Shown: positions 9,621-18,865, counted from the stretch's first letter. The stretch: DNA of 64,000 bases from Oscillospiraceae bacterium (GCA_015064855.1 SVRK01000003.1:158594-222593), one strand, 5' to 3'. Notes: generated by a model from the sequence alone, not told the origin. Made by a program: numbers and translations.

Positions 9621-9656
9621 AAAAACAGCAGACACTTTGGTCTGCTGTTTTGTTTA
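9621..9656. terminator. Bidirectional terminator (3' of tRNA-Leu and end of the repeat array)
   Basis: CAGCAGAC-ACTTTG-GTCTGCTG is flanked by A-run/T-run on both strands. Confidence 0.8.
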
Positions 9657-9740
<84 letters not shown>

Positions 9741-9769
9741 ATATATCGGTTTTTCAACCTTGCCAACAT

Positions 9770-9798
9770 ATTATACTAAAACATTATCGGTTTGTCAA
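9770..9798 (-). promoter_or_regulatory. Sigma-A promoter for tRNA-Leu
   Basis: On the minus strand: TTGACA, 17 nt, TATAAT, about 30 nt upstream of the tRNA 5' end. Confidence 0.7.
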
Positions 9799-9861
9799 TA
9801 CTTTTTTTATATTTTTTTAAAAAAGTTTTATATGTCGTTTCCATAGCGAAATTTAATTATA

Positions 9862-9894
9862 AAATACAAAAGGGCCGATATTATCGACCCTTTA
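9862..9894 (-). terminator. Rho-independent terminator of the 81-aa membrane protein gene
   Basis: Minus strand: AGGGTCGAT-AAT-ATCGGCCCT (one mismatch) followed by TTTTGTATTTT. Confidence 0.65.
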
Positions 9895-9899
9895 TGTAA

Positions 9900-10145
9900 T
9901 TAGTCAGCTAGTACTGTAACTTTGTCAGATGTGAGCTCTGTGATAGCGTCTACAATACCGAGAACCCAAGACAAACCGAAAACGAAAGAAACGATAGCAA
10001 CAACAAGTGTTACAGTGTTCTTTGTTTCGAGGTAGCGGAATACACGGTAAAGTGGACTCATAATACCACCAACGAGAAAGAAGATGAAGAACTTAAGAAC
10101 CTTGTTAAGACCTTCAATCTTAGCTGTGATTGATTCGTTAGCCAT
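9900..10145 (-). CDS. Small integral membrane protein (2 predicted TM helices), function unknown
   Basis: 81 aa with two hydrophobic spans (FFIFFLVGGIM.. and LVVAIVSFVFGLSWVLGIV). RBS AAGGAG 8 nt upstream and its own terminator. Confidence 0.7.
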   Translation of the reverse strand: MANESITAKIEGLNKVLKFFIFFLVGGIMSPLYRVFRYLETKNTVTLVVAIVSFVFGLSWVLGIVDAITELTSDKVTVLAD

Positions 10146-10328
10146 GATAAACTCCTTAAAATTTATTCACATCATACGATGCTACGCGTAATTATAGCAC
10201 AGTCATTTCTAAAATGCAAGTAATTTATAAAAATTTTAATTAAAGATGCTGAAATTTTCATTTTAACTTGAATATTTAATAATATTATGATAAAATTATA
10301 TAGATACAAAAATAATAAAGGAGCTAGT

Positions 10329-11726
10329 ATGGGAAATTTTGTTGATTTTAAAGAAATCGAAAAGCAAAATGAATATGTAAACAAAGTCAAGCTCCTTGTG
10401 AATGGTAAGGGAAAAAAGGCTTTTGTATATACATTGGGATGCCAGCAAAATGAGGCGGATAGTGAAAAAATAATGGGCACCCTCAATAAAATGGGGTATC
10501 AAATAACAGAAAATGAAAAAGAAGCCGACGTTTTAATGGTAAATACCTGTGCAATAAGAGATCACGCAGAAAAGCGCGCGCTCTCTATTATCGGGAGATT
10601 TAAGCACTATAAGGCAGTAAATCCTGATATAATAATAGGTGTTTGCGGTTGCATGAGTGCACAGGAGCATCAAAGAGAAAAGCTTAAGCATTCTTATCAC
10701 TATGTTGATTTCACATTTGGCACAGGCGCACTTCACCGTCTACCCGAATTTATATACAACGCACTAAATAAGAAAAAAAGATATTTTGACATAGATAGCG
10801 ATAAGCCTCAAATAGCAGAGGGCATAGAGACCTTGCGTCAAAGCACATATCGTGCTTGGGTTAGCATTATGTATGGGTGTAACAATTTTTGCACCTACTG
10901 CATTGTTCCGTATGTAAGAGGCAGAGAAAGAAGCCGTAAAATGGAGGATATTCTTTGTGAGATAAGAGATTTAGTCGAAAAGGGCTATAAGGATATAACC
11001 CTACTCGGACAAAATGTAAACTCCTATGGCAAGGATTTAGATGAGAAAACAAATATCTCTGCACTGCTTAATGAAATTTCTAAAATAGAAGGCGATTTTT
11101 GGATTCATTTGATGACCTCACATCCAAAGGACGCGTCAATTGAAATGATAGAGGCAATAAAATCATCCCCAAGGACAAGCGGACATTTCCATTTGCCACT
11201 TCAAAGCGGCTCGGACGAAATTCTTAAGAAAATGAACCGACACTATGACCTTGAAAGATACTTGTCAATTATTGCCAAATTAAGAGAAAATAATGAAAAT
11301 ATCACACTGACAACCGATTTGATAGTGGGCTTCCCGGGAGAGAGTGAAGAGGACTTTAACCTAACCCTTGATGTGATAAAAAAGGTGAAATACGATTCAG
11401 TATTTAGCTTTATCTATTCGCCAAGAAAGGGCACTCCTGCTGCAGCTATGGAAAACCAAATTCCAAGTGAGGAGCAGCATAGAAGGTACGATATCCTTTG
11501 CGATGCTCAAAACGAAATATCAAAGAAAATCAACGAGTCTTATATAGGCACCGCTCAAAAGGTTTTGGTTGATGGTAAAAGTAAAAACAATGAGGGCGTA
11601 TACACCTCTCGCACACAAGGAAATAAGATAGTTCATTTTGAATGCGAAAAGGATTATACAGGACAGTTTAAAACAGTAAAAATCACACGTGCAGACACTT
11701 TTGCTCTGTATGGTGAAATTATATAA
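10329..11726 (+). CDS. miaB: tRNA-i6A37 methylthiotransferase MiaB
   Basis: Radical-SAM CxxxCxxC (CNNFCTYCIVP), N-terminal UPF0004 cysteines (GCQQN, NTCAIR, GCM) and a TRAM C-terminus. I chose the ATG at 10329, which is preceded by AAAGGAG. Confidence 0.9.
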   Translation: MGNFVDFKEIEKQNEYVNKVKLLVNGKGKKAFVYTLGCQQNEADSEKIMGTLNKMGYQITENEKEADVLMVNTCAIRDHAEKRALSIIGRFKHYKAVNPDIIIGVCGCMSAQEHQREKLKHSYHYVDFTFGTGALHRLPEFIYNALNKKKRYFDIDSDKPQIAEGIETLRQSTYRAWVSIMYGCNNFCTYCIVPYVRGRERSRKMEDILCEIRDLVEKGYKDITLLGQNVNSYGKDLDEKTNISALLNEISKIEGDFWIHLMTSHPKDASIEMIEAIKSSPRTSGHFHLPLQSGSDEILKKMNRHYDLERYLSIIAKLRENNENITLTTDLIVGFPGESEEDFNLTLDVIKKVKYDSVFSFIYSPRKGTPAAAMENQIPSEEQHRRYDILCDAQNEISKKINESYIGTAQKVLVDGKSKNNEGVYTSRTQGNKIVHFECEKDYTGQFKTVKITRADTFALYGEII

Positions 11727-11744
11727 TTCTAGGAGGAAACAAAA

Positions 11745-12137
11745 ATGGAAATTATGGAGTTAGCAGCACAGCTTGGACAAGCAATTAAGGCTGATGCTCG
11801 CGTAGCAAAAATGGAAGAGGCAAAGGTAGCTTACGAGAAGGATGAACAAATCCAAAAGCTTATGCTCGAGTACAATGCACAACAAATTGCTATGGCAGAG
11901 GAGTATAAGAAGGACCCTGTTGACGAAAAGATTATCGAGGCTATTGAAAACAGACTCAACCAAATCGTTGAAGAGGTTACAACCAATGCAACATTTATCG
12001 CAATCAATGAGGCTCAAGAGGCTGTACAAGCTCTTATGACCGAGGTTAATGCAGAGATTGAATTCCAAATCACAGGTCAACGCCCATGCTCACACGACTG
12101 CTCAAGCTGCGGCTCTGACTGTGGTCACCATCACTAA
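11745..12137 (+). CDS. YlbF/YmcA (RicF/RicA-like) family protein with a Cys/His-rich C-terminal tail
   Basis: 130-aa helical protein in the conserved miaB-ylbF-mutS position. Tail CSHDCSSCGSDCGHHH. AGGAGG RBS 8 nt upstream. Confidence 0.65.
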   Translation: MEIMELAAQLGQAIKADARVAKMEEAKVAYEKDEQIQKLMLEYNAQQIAMAEEYKKDPVDEKIIEAIENRLNQIVEEVTTNATFIAINEAQEAVQALMTEVNAEIEFQITGQRPCSHDCSSCGSDCGHHH

Positions 12138-12189
12138 TTGATAGCGTTTCAAAACGCACAAATTCACTGATTTTAGGAGGTAAGACGGT

Positions 12190-14772
12190 ATGACGTCTAT
12201 GATGCTTCAATACCTTGAAATAAAGGAACAATACAAGGATTTTATACTGTTTTACCGTCTCGGTGACTTCTATGAGATGTTTTTTGGCGACGCAATTACC
12301 GCCTCTCGTGAGCTTGAGCTTACCTTGACAGGCCGTGATTGCGGTGAGCCGGAAAGAGCGCCAATGTGTGGTGTTCCATATCATAGTGTTGAGCCATATA
12401 TTGGCAAGCTTATTTCTAAGGGCTACAAGGTAGCTATTTGTGAGCAAATGGAAAACCCGCAGGAAACAAAGGGTATAGTAAAGCGTGAGGTAGTAAGAGA
12501 GATTACTCCCGGCACAGTTGTTGAAGCATCACTTTTAAACGAAACAAAAAATAATTTTCTCTGCTCGCTTTATTTTGAAAGAGGCAGAGTAGGGCTTTCA
12601 TTTGCCGACGTCTCGACTGGCGAGATTTTGGCAACCTCGATTAATGCTGAAACAAGCAAAATTTTAAACGAGCTTGGAACATATGCACCAAAGGAAATTA
12701 TAACTAATATTGACAAGGAAAATGGTTCTTTCCTTTATGATTTCGCCAAGGAAAAGCTTGGCGCACTTGTCGAATTTGATATGGAGAGCTACTATAATTA
12801 TCAAAAATGCACAGAGAGAGTAATTTCCCAATTCGGCAAGGACTATTACGATAAAAATTTGAATGAAACAAGCATTGTGCTGGCAACCGGTGCAATTCTT
12901 GATTATATAATTAAAACGCAAAAAACGGATATATCTTATATAAATGCCTTAAACGTTTATAGCGAGGGACAATATCTTGAAATGGACTTGAATACACGTA
13001 GAAACCTAGAGCTTTGCGAGTCCATGAGAAACAAAGAAAAAAAAGGCACGCTTTATTGGGTTCTTGATAAGACAAAGACCTCAATGGGTGCAAGAATGCT
13101 TCGTAGCTATATAGAGCATCCGCTTCTCGACGTTAAAAAGATTCTTGAAAGACAGGGCGCGGTTGCAACCCTATCCGAAAACATAGTTTTAAGAGGCGAA
13201 TTATCTAATCTTCTTTCTTCCGTGCTTGATTTGGAAAGGCTTATGACGAAGGTTGTTTATTCAACCGCTAATGGCAAGGATTTAAAGGCGATAGCATCAA
13301 CTCTTTCCGTTATTCCGGAGGTCAAAAATCTACTTTATACAGCCGAAGCTCGCGAGCTTATTAATATTCGCGAGGGTCTTGATAATTTAGATGATATAAC
13401 GTCGTTAATCAACGATGCATTTGTTGATTTACCGCCGTTTTCAATACGAGAGGGTGGCTTTATAAAGGACGGATATAGTGCCGAGGTTGACCGTTTGCGT
13501 GATATAATGACTGACGGTCAGGGCTGGATTCACAGAATCGAAGAGGACGAAAGAGAAAAGACAGGCATTAAAACCTTAAAAATAGGCTACAATAGGGTTT
13601 TTGGATATTATATAGAGGTTACAAAATCATTAATTTCTCAAGTGCCCGAGAGATACATAAGAAAGCAAACACTATCCAACTGTGAAAGATACATAACCGA
13701 GGAATTAAAGGATATGGAGTCCGCAGTTCTTGGCGCAAAGGATAAGCTTGCCGCACTTGAATTTGAGCTCTTTACTGAAATCAAAGATAAGGTAGCAGAT
13801 GAGCTTAAGCGCATTCAAAGAAGTGCCAATATGCTTGCGCGACTTGATGTATACCTCTCACTTGCCGAGGTTGCGGTTAAAAACTCATATGTTTGTCCTG
13901 ATGTTGACTTTAGTGACGTTATCGATATAAAGGACGGACGTCACCCTGTTGTTGAACAATTTGTAAGAGATAGCTATTTTGTTCCAAACGACACATATCT
14001 TAATACTACAACCGATAAAATGGCGCTTATAACCGGTCCTAATATGGCGGGTAAATCAACATATATGCGTCAGAGTGCGCTTATTGTTTTGATGGCGCAA
14101 ATCGGATCGTTTGTTCCTGCCAAGAGTGCAAGAATTGGCATTGTTGACAAGCTTTTCACTCGCGTTGGAGCATCAGACGACCTAGCATCAGGTCAATCAA
14201 CCTTTATGCTTGAAATGACCGAGGTTGCTTATATTCTTGAAAACGCAACAAAGAAAAGCTTTATAATTTACGATGAAATCGGAAGAGGAACATCAACCTT
14301 TGACGGTATGAGTATTGCTCGCGCAATAGCCGAATATACAGCAGGCAAGAAAATTGGCGCACGCAGTATGTTTGCAACACATTATCACGAGCTAACCGCA
14401 CTAGAGGACGAAATTGAAGGTATTGTAAATTACAATATTGCTGCTAAAAAGCGCGGAGATGAAATCACCTTCCTACGCAAAATAGTTAAAGGTCCAACAG
14501 ACGATAGCTATGGTATTGAGGTTGCTAAATTGGCAGGCGTTCCAAATGAGGTTGTTAAGCGTGCAAAGAGCGTTTTATCTGAAATGATAGAAAACGGCAC
14601 AGTAGAACCAAAGATTATAAAAAAAGCGCCCGAGGCTGATCAAATGATGAGCTTTGAGGATATGGCTATATACGAAAGTGCTGATAAAATAAAGAAGCTT
14701 GATTTAAATACTATAACCCCAATTGAGGCTATGAACTTTATATTTGAGCTGAAAAAATTATTTAATAACTGA
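12190..14772 (+). CDS. mutS: DNA mismatch repair protein MutS
   Basis: 860 aa. N-terminal TPMMQQY-like MMLQYLEIK, Walker A GPNMAGKST, and a ..STFMLEM.. motif. Confidence 0.97.
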   Translation: MTSMMLQYLEIKEQYKDFILFYRLGDFYEMFFGDAITASRELELTLTGRDCGEPERAPMCGVPYHSVEPYIGKLISKGYKVAICEQMENPQETKGIVKREVVREITPGTVVEASLLNETKNNFLCSLYFERGRVGLSFADVSTGEILATSINAETSKILNELGTYAPKEIITNIDKENGSFLYDFAKEKLGALVEFDMESYYNYQKCTERVISQFGKDYYDKNLNETSIVLATGAILDYIIKTQKTDISYINALNVYSEGQYLEMDLNTRRNLELCESMRNKEKKGTLYWVLDKTKTSMGARMLRSYIEHPLLDVKKILERQGAVATLSENIVLRGELSNLLSSVLDLERLMTKVVYSTANGKDLKAIASTLSVIPEVKNLLYTAEARELINIREGLDNLDDITSLINDAFVDLPPFSIREGGFIKDGYSAEVDRLRDIMTDGQGWIHRIEEDEREKTGIKTLKIGYNRVFGYYIEVTKSLISQVPERYIRKQTLSNCERYITEELKDMESAVLGAKDKLAALEFELFTEIKDKVADELKRIQRSANMLARLDVYLSLAEVAVKNSYVCPDVDFSDVIDIKDGRHPVVEQFVRDSYFVPNDTYLNTTTDKMALITGPNMAGKSTYMRQSALIVLMAQIGSFVPAKSARIGIVDKLFTRVGASDDLASGQSTFMLEMTEVAYILENATKKSFIIYDEIGRGTSTFDGMSIARAIAEYTAGKKIGARSMFATHYHELTALEDEIEGIVNYNIAAKKRGDEITFLRKIVKGPTDDSYGIEVAKLAGVPNEVVKRAKSVLSEMIENGTVEPKIIKKAPEADQMMSFEDMAIYESADKIKKLDLNTITPIEAMNFIFELKKLFNN

Positions 14773-14775
14773 CAG

Positions 14776-14826
14776 GGCCTCCTTTGCAAAGGGAGGTGTC
14801 GCGGTATCGCGACGGAGGGATTTTAA
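14776..14826 (+). repeat. 51-nt double-hairpin intergenic element, copy 1
   Basis: GGCCTCCTTTGCAAAGGGAGG-T-GTCGCGGTATCGCGAC-GGAGGGATTTTAA lies between the mutS stop and the mutL RBS. A second copy is at 30776-30826. Confidence 0.85.
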
Positions 14827-14855
14827 AGCATATTTGAACGAAGGAGGATACGGCA

Positions 14856-16859
14856 GTGGGAAAAATTAATGTGCTTGGCTTTGACGTTGCAAACTTAATA
14901 GCTGCCGGGGAGGTTGTTGACCGTCCATCTTCAGTTGTTAAGGAGCTTCTTGAAAACGCAATAGATTCAGGGGCTACAAGCATTATAATTGAAATAAAAA
15001 AAGGCGGAAGTGCCTTTATAAGAATTACAGATAACGGATGCGGTATTGCATATGACGATCTTCCTGTGGCAATTTTAAGACACGCCACAAGCAAAATAAA
15101 GGATGCCGATGATCTTGAGTCAATAATGACTCTTGGTTTTAGAGGTGAGGCGCTTGCCGCTATCTCGTCGGTTTCTAAAATTCGTATTATGACAAAGCAG
15201 AGGTCGGATAAATTCGGCTCGCTTTTAGAGGCTCATGCAGGCACCGTAGTAAATCACATAAAAACAGGCTCACAGGATGGTACAACCGTTATAGTTGAGG
15301 ATTTGTTCTACAATGTTCCTGCAAGAAAGAAATTTTTAAAGCAGGATAAAACAGAGGCTCTTGCAATTTCTGGGATTGTTGAGAAGGTGGCTCTTTCTCG
15401 TCCTGATATATCGTTTAGATATATTATTGATGGTGAGCTTAAATATTTGACTGCAGGGGATGGAAGCCTTTCAAACGTAATTTATGCAATTTTAGGCAGG
15501 GACGTGTCTAAAAAAACCATAAAGGTTGACCGCGAGGACGGTGGAATTAAGGTTAGAGGCTTTATCTCAACGCCTGAATTAAATAGGGCAAATCGTAACC
15601 TTGAAAACTTCTATATAAATTCAAGATTTGTAAAGAGCAAAACAGCTTCAGCTGCGCTTGAGCAAGCGTATAAATCATACATACCGGATGGTAAGTTCCC
15701 ATTCTGTGTTCTTGATATTATAATTGATCCTTCACAGGTTGACGTTAACGTTCATCCCGCAAAATTAGAGGTTAAATTTTCAAACGAAAATGTGATTTTT
15801 AATGCGGTTTATTACGCAGTTCGTACAGCACTTTCAAATTCTATAACCACTCCTAGCTTGTATAACGAGGAAAAGCCGAAAAATGAAGTAAGTCCATTAA
15901 ATACGCTTTTTCAAGTGCAGGACAAGGAAAATAACGAATATAAGGCAAGTAGAATCGTGTTTGATTCAAAGGCTAACGTAGCTGTTGTGCGTCAAAACAA
16001 CACTCTTGATTATTCTTCGTTTGAAAAGAAGGATACAACCAAGGTAGAAATTAAGGATACCCCTAAAAGCACCTATGCAGACGAGGATGCTTTTTCCCTG
16101 AAATTCCCCAAAAGAGAAGCAAGGGTTGAAGAAAAAAACAGTATCCAATTTGATGCTCAAGAAATAAAAATGGATGTTCAATACAATGTCCAACTCCCTA
16201 AAACAGTTACCCCTGTGGCTGAAAATGAGAAGAAAATCGATGTGGCCGAACCCAAAACAACTATACAAAGCAAAATAGTTCCCGATTATAAAATAATTGG
16301 AGAGCTATATAACTCATACGTTATAGTTGAGCTTGGTGAAATTGCTTACGTAATTGATAAGCATGCAGCACACGAGCGCATTATTTTTGAAGATTTAAAG
16401 GCTAAAATCAACCAAACCGAGCCAAGCTCACAAATTTTACTTTTTCCAATAGAAATTAATCTTACAAAAGATGAAGAAATAGCCATTTGCGAGTGGGAAG
16501 AGGATATTAAGAAAACAGGCTTCGGCTTTTCTCTTGAAAATGGCGTGGTAAGCGTATCGGAAATTCCATCTGAAATTTCGCCAAGTGCCGTTGAGGACAC
16601 ATTTGTAACCTTGCTTGACAAGCTTGCAAGCGGAGAGGCGGATGCCGAAAACTCAAGATACCAAAAATTTGAAAGAGCGCTTTACCAATGCTCCTGTAAG
16701 GCAGCAATTAAAGCCGGCAGAGTGTATGATAAAGAGCATATTAAGTGGATTTGTGACAGAGTTTTAACTCTTGACAATATAAAGTACTGCCCACACGGCA
16801 GACCTATTGCATTTGAAATAACAAAGCACTTTCTTGAAAAGCAATTTGAAAGGAAATAA
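14856..16859 (+). CDS. mutL: DNA mismatch repair protein MutL
   Basis: GHKL ATPase motifs (VVKELLENAIDSGA, DNGCGI, GFRGEAL) and C-terminal endonuclease motifs (DKHAAHERI, ..CPHGRP). GTG start with an AAGGAGGA RBS. Confidence 0.95.
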   Translation: MGKINVLGFDVANLIAAGEVVDRPSSVVKELLENAIDSGATSIIIEIKKGGSAFIRITDNGCGIAYDDLPVAILRHATSKIKDADDLESIMTLGFRGEALAAISSVSKIRIMTKQRSDKFGSLLEAHAGTVVNHIKTGSQDGTTVIVEDLFYNVPARKKFLKQDKTEALAISGIVEKVALSRPDISFRYIIDGELKYLTAGDGSLSNVIYAILGRDVSKKTIKVDREDGGIKVRGFISTPELNRANRNLENFYINSRFVKSKTASAALEQAYKSYIPDGKFPFCVLDIIIDPSQVDVNVHPAKLEVKFSNENVIFNAVYYAVRTALSNSITTPSLYNEEKPKNEVSPLNTLFQVQDKENNEYKASRIVFDSKANVAVVRQNNTLDYSSFEKKDTTKVEIKDTPKSTYADEDAFSLKFPKREARVEEKNSIQFDAQEIKMDVQYNVQLPKTVTPVAENEKKIDVAEPKTTIQSKIVPDYKIIGELYNSYVIVELGEIAYVIDKHAAHERIIFEDLKAKINQTEPSSQILLFPIEINLTKDEEIAICEWEEDIKKTGFGFSLENGVVSVSEIPSEISPSAVEDTFVTLLDKLASGEADAENSRYQKFERALYQCSCKAAIKAGRVYDKEHIKWICDRVLTLDNIKYCPHGRPIAFEITKHFLEKQFERK

Positions 16860-16862
16860 TTG

Positions 16863-17999
16863 ATGTTCGAGGTAATAAAAAAGGACGGAAGAGCCAGACG
16901 CGCAAGACTTGAAACCGTTCACGGCACAATAGAAACTCCTGTTTTTATGAATGTTGGTACTTGTGCCGCAATCAAGGGTGGAGTTTCCACCACCGATTTA
17001 AAGGATTTAAAATGTCAGGTTGAGCTATCAAATACTTATCACCTACATTTGCGCCCGGGTGACAAATTAATTCACGATCTTGGCGGTATACATAAGTTTT
17101 TTAATTGGGATAAGCCGGTTTTAACCGATAGTGGTGGATTTCAGGTTTTCTCACTTTCTCAGCTTCGTAAAATAACCGAGGAGGGCGTTAAATTCGCTTC
17201 TCACATTGACGGCAAGCGTATATTTATGGGACCTGAGGAATCAATGCAAATTCAGTCGAATTTAGCTTCAACTATCGCTATGGCTTTTGACGAGTGTATT
17301 GAAAATCCGGCACCATATGAATATACAAAAAAGTCCTGCGACCGTACGGTTAGATGGCTTGTTAGATGTAAAAACGAAATGGCAAGACTTAATTCCTTGC
17401 CCGAAACCATAAACAAAAATCAAATGCTTTTCGGCATTAACCAAGGCAGTACGTATGAGGATTTACGTATTGAGCATATGAAACAAATCGCACATCTTGA
17501 CCTTGACGGATATGCCATCGGTGGTCTTGCGGTTGGTGAATCCACCGAGGAAATGTATCGTATAATTGATATAGTTGAGCCGTATATGCCCGAAAACAAG
17601 CCAAGATACCTAATGGGTGTTGGAACACCTTGTAATATTTTGGAGGCTGTTCACCGTGGTATTGACTTTTTTGACTGTGTAATGCCGTCAAGAAATGCAA
17701 GACACGGAAACCTCTTTACTTGGCATGGCAAAATGAATATAATGAACGAGAAATATCGTGACGACTCACGTCCAATTGACGAGAACTGCGGCTGCCCTGC
17801 CTGCCGTGATTATTCACGCGCGTATATTCGCCACTTAATAAAGGCAAAAGAGGCACTAGGTATGCGTTTGGCGGTTCTTCATAACCTTTATTTCTATAAT
17901 GATTTAATGGAAAAAATAAGGACGGCGCTTGACGGCGACTATTTTGAGAGCTTCTATCAAAAATATAGAAATATTCTTGGCGAACGCAGTCAAAATTAG
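16863..17999 (+). CDS. tgt: Queuine tRNA-ribosyltransferase (tRNA-guanine transglycosylase)
   Basis: TPVFMNVGT, LTDSGGFQV and the zinc site CGCPACRDYSRAYIRHL. ATG at 16863 (a TTG at 16860 is also possible). Confidence 0.95.
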   Translation: MFEVIKKDGRARRARLETVHGTIETPVFMNVGTCAAIKGGVSTTDLKDLKCQVELSNTYHLHLRPGDKLIHDLGGIHKFFNWDKPVLTDSGGFQVFSLSQLRKITEEGVKFASHIDGKRIFMGPEESMQIQSNLASTIAMAFDECIENPAPYEYTKKSCDRTVRWLVRCKNEMARLNSLPETINKNQMLFGINQGSTYEDLRIEHMKQIAHLDLDGYAIGGLAVGESTEEMYRIIDIVEPYMPENKPRYLMGVGTPCNILEAVHRGIDFFDCVMPSRNARHGNLFTWHGKMNIMNEKYRDDSRPIDENCGCPACRDYSRAYIRHLIKAKEALGMRLAVLHNLYFYNDLMEKIRTALDGDYFESFYQKYRNILGERSQN

Positions 18000-18028
18000 A
18001 CACATGACAAAATTTTTTGGAGGATTTT

Positions 18029-18865
18029 ATGTTTATGAATAATGATTTTATGCTTTATCCTAATTTTAAGATGAAGGCGCTGACATTTAGCTATGATGAT
18101 GGCGTTAAAGAGGATAGAGCATTCGTTGCACTTTTAAATAAATACGGATTAAAAGGCACCTTCAACCTAAATAGTGGCTTGATGGCTAAAGAAAAAAGGA
18201 TTGACGACAAGATTTGCCCGGAGGAAATAGCTGATTTATATAAAGGACACGAGGTTGCCGTTCACACAGTTCACCACCCATTCCTTGAAAAAATGCCCGA
18301 AAGCGTTATTGCAACAGAGGTGCTTGACGACAGACGAAACCTTGAAAAATATGTTGATTATCCTGTTCGTGGTATGGCATATCCATTTGGCACTTATGAT
18401 GAGCGCGTAATTAATGTTTTAAAGGCTGTTGGCATTAAATATTCAAGAACAACCGAGGTTCACCATAACTATATTTTGCCAACTAACTGGCTCAAAATGC
18501 CATCAACCTGTCACCATGCAGATGGTCGCCTTTTCGAGCTTGCTGAAAAATTTGTAAATAGCGAGCCAAAGAAAGAAAGCCGCTTCACAACTCATGGATG
18601 GCTATTCTACGTATGGGGACATACCTACGAATTCAGAACCAAAGAGGATTGGGACAGAATTGAGGAATTTTTCAAGCTTGTTTCAATGAGAGATGATGTT
18701 TGGTATGCAACCAATATCGAAATTTACGATTATATTGAGGCTTATAGAGCCCTCGAATATTCAGTAGACCTAACGAAGGTTTATAACCCAACAGGTATAG
18801 ATGTTTATCTTATTCACAATGAGAAAAATTATAAAATTCCAGCCGGACAAGTGGTTAAATTCTAA
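18029..18865 (+). CDS. Polysaccharide deacetylase (CE4) family protein, no signal peptide
   Basis: FSYDDG.. and HTVHHP motifs of the NodB homology domain. I chose the ATG at 18029, 5 nt after GGAGG, over the TTG at 18017. Confidence 0.75.
   Translation: MFMNNDFMLYPNFKMKALTFSYDDGVKEDRAFVALLNKYGLKGTFNLNSGLMAKEKRIDDKICPEEIADLYKGHEVAVHTVHHPFLEKMPESVIATEVLDDRRNLEKYVDYPVRGMAYPFGTYDERVINVLKAVGIKYSRTTEVHHNYILPTNWLKMPSTCHHADGRLFELAEKFVNSEPKKESRFTTHGWLFYVWGHTYEFRTKEDWDRIEEFFKLVSMRDDVWYATNIEIYDYIEAYRALEYSVDLTKVYNPTGIDVYLIHNEKNYKIPAGQVVKF

Larger units (their letters stand above)
9036..9656 (+). repeat. Tandem array: three ~184-nt units plus a fourth partial 5' segment
   Basis: The landmark CAGGCTGAAG recurs at 9071, 9255 and 9439 (period 184). 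Units 1 and 2 are nearly identical. Unit 3 has the same 5' half and a diverged but isostructural 3' half. The unit-initial TTATTTCTCATGATAAACAAAACAGCAG recurs a fourth time at ~9603-9633. Confidence 0.95.

Noticed and set aside
9036-9656. Possible CRISPR array or att-site scars of an integrated element at tRNA-Leu.
   Set aside because: - The units are contiguous 184-nt repeats with no unique spacers, and no cas genes are present.
- No integrase, phage or IS genes occur on either side of the tRNA.
- The repeats do not contain any part of the tRNA itself, only similarity to its terminator flank.
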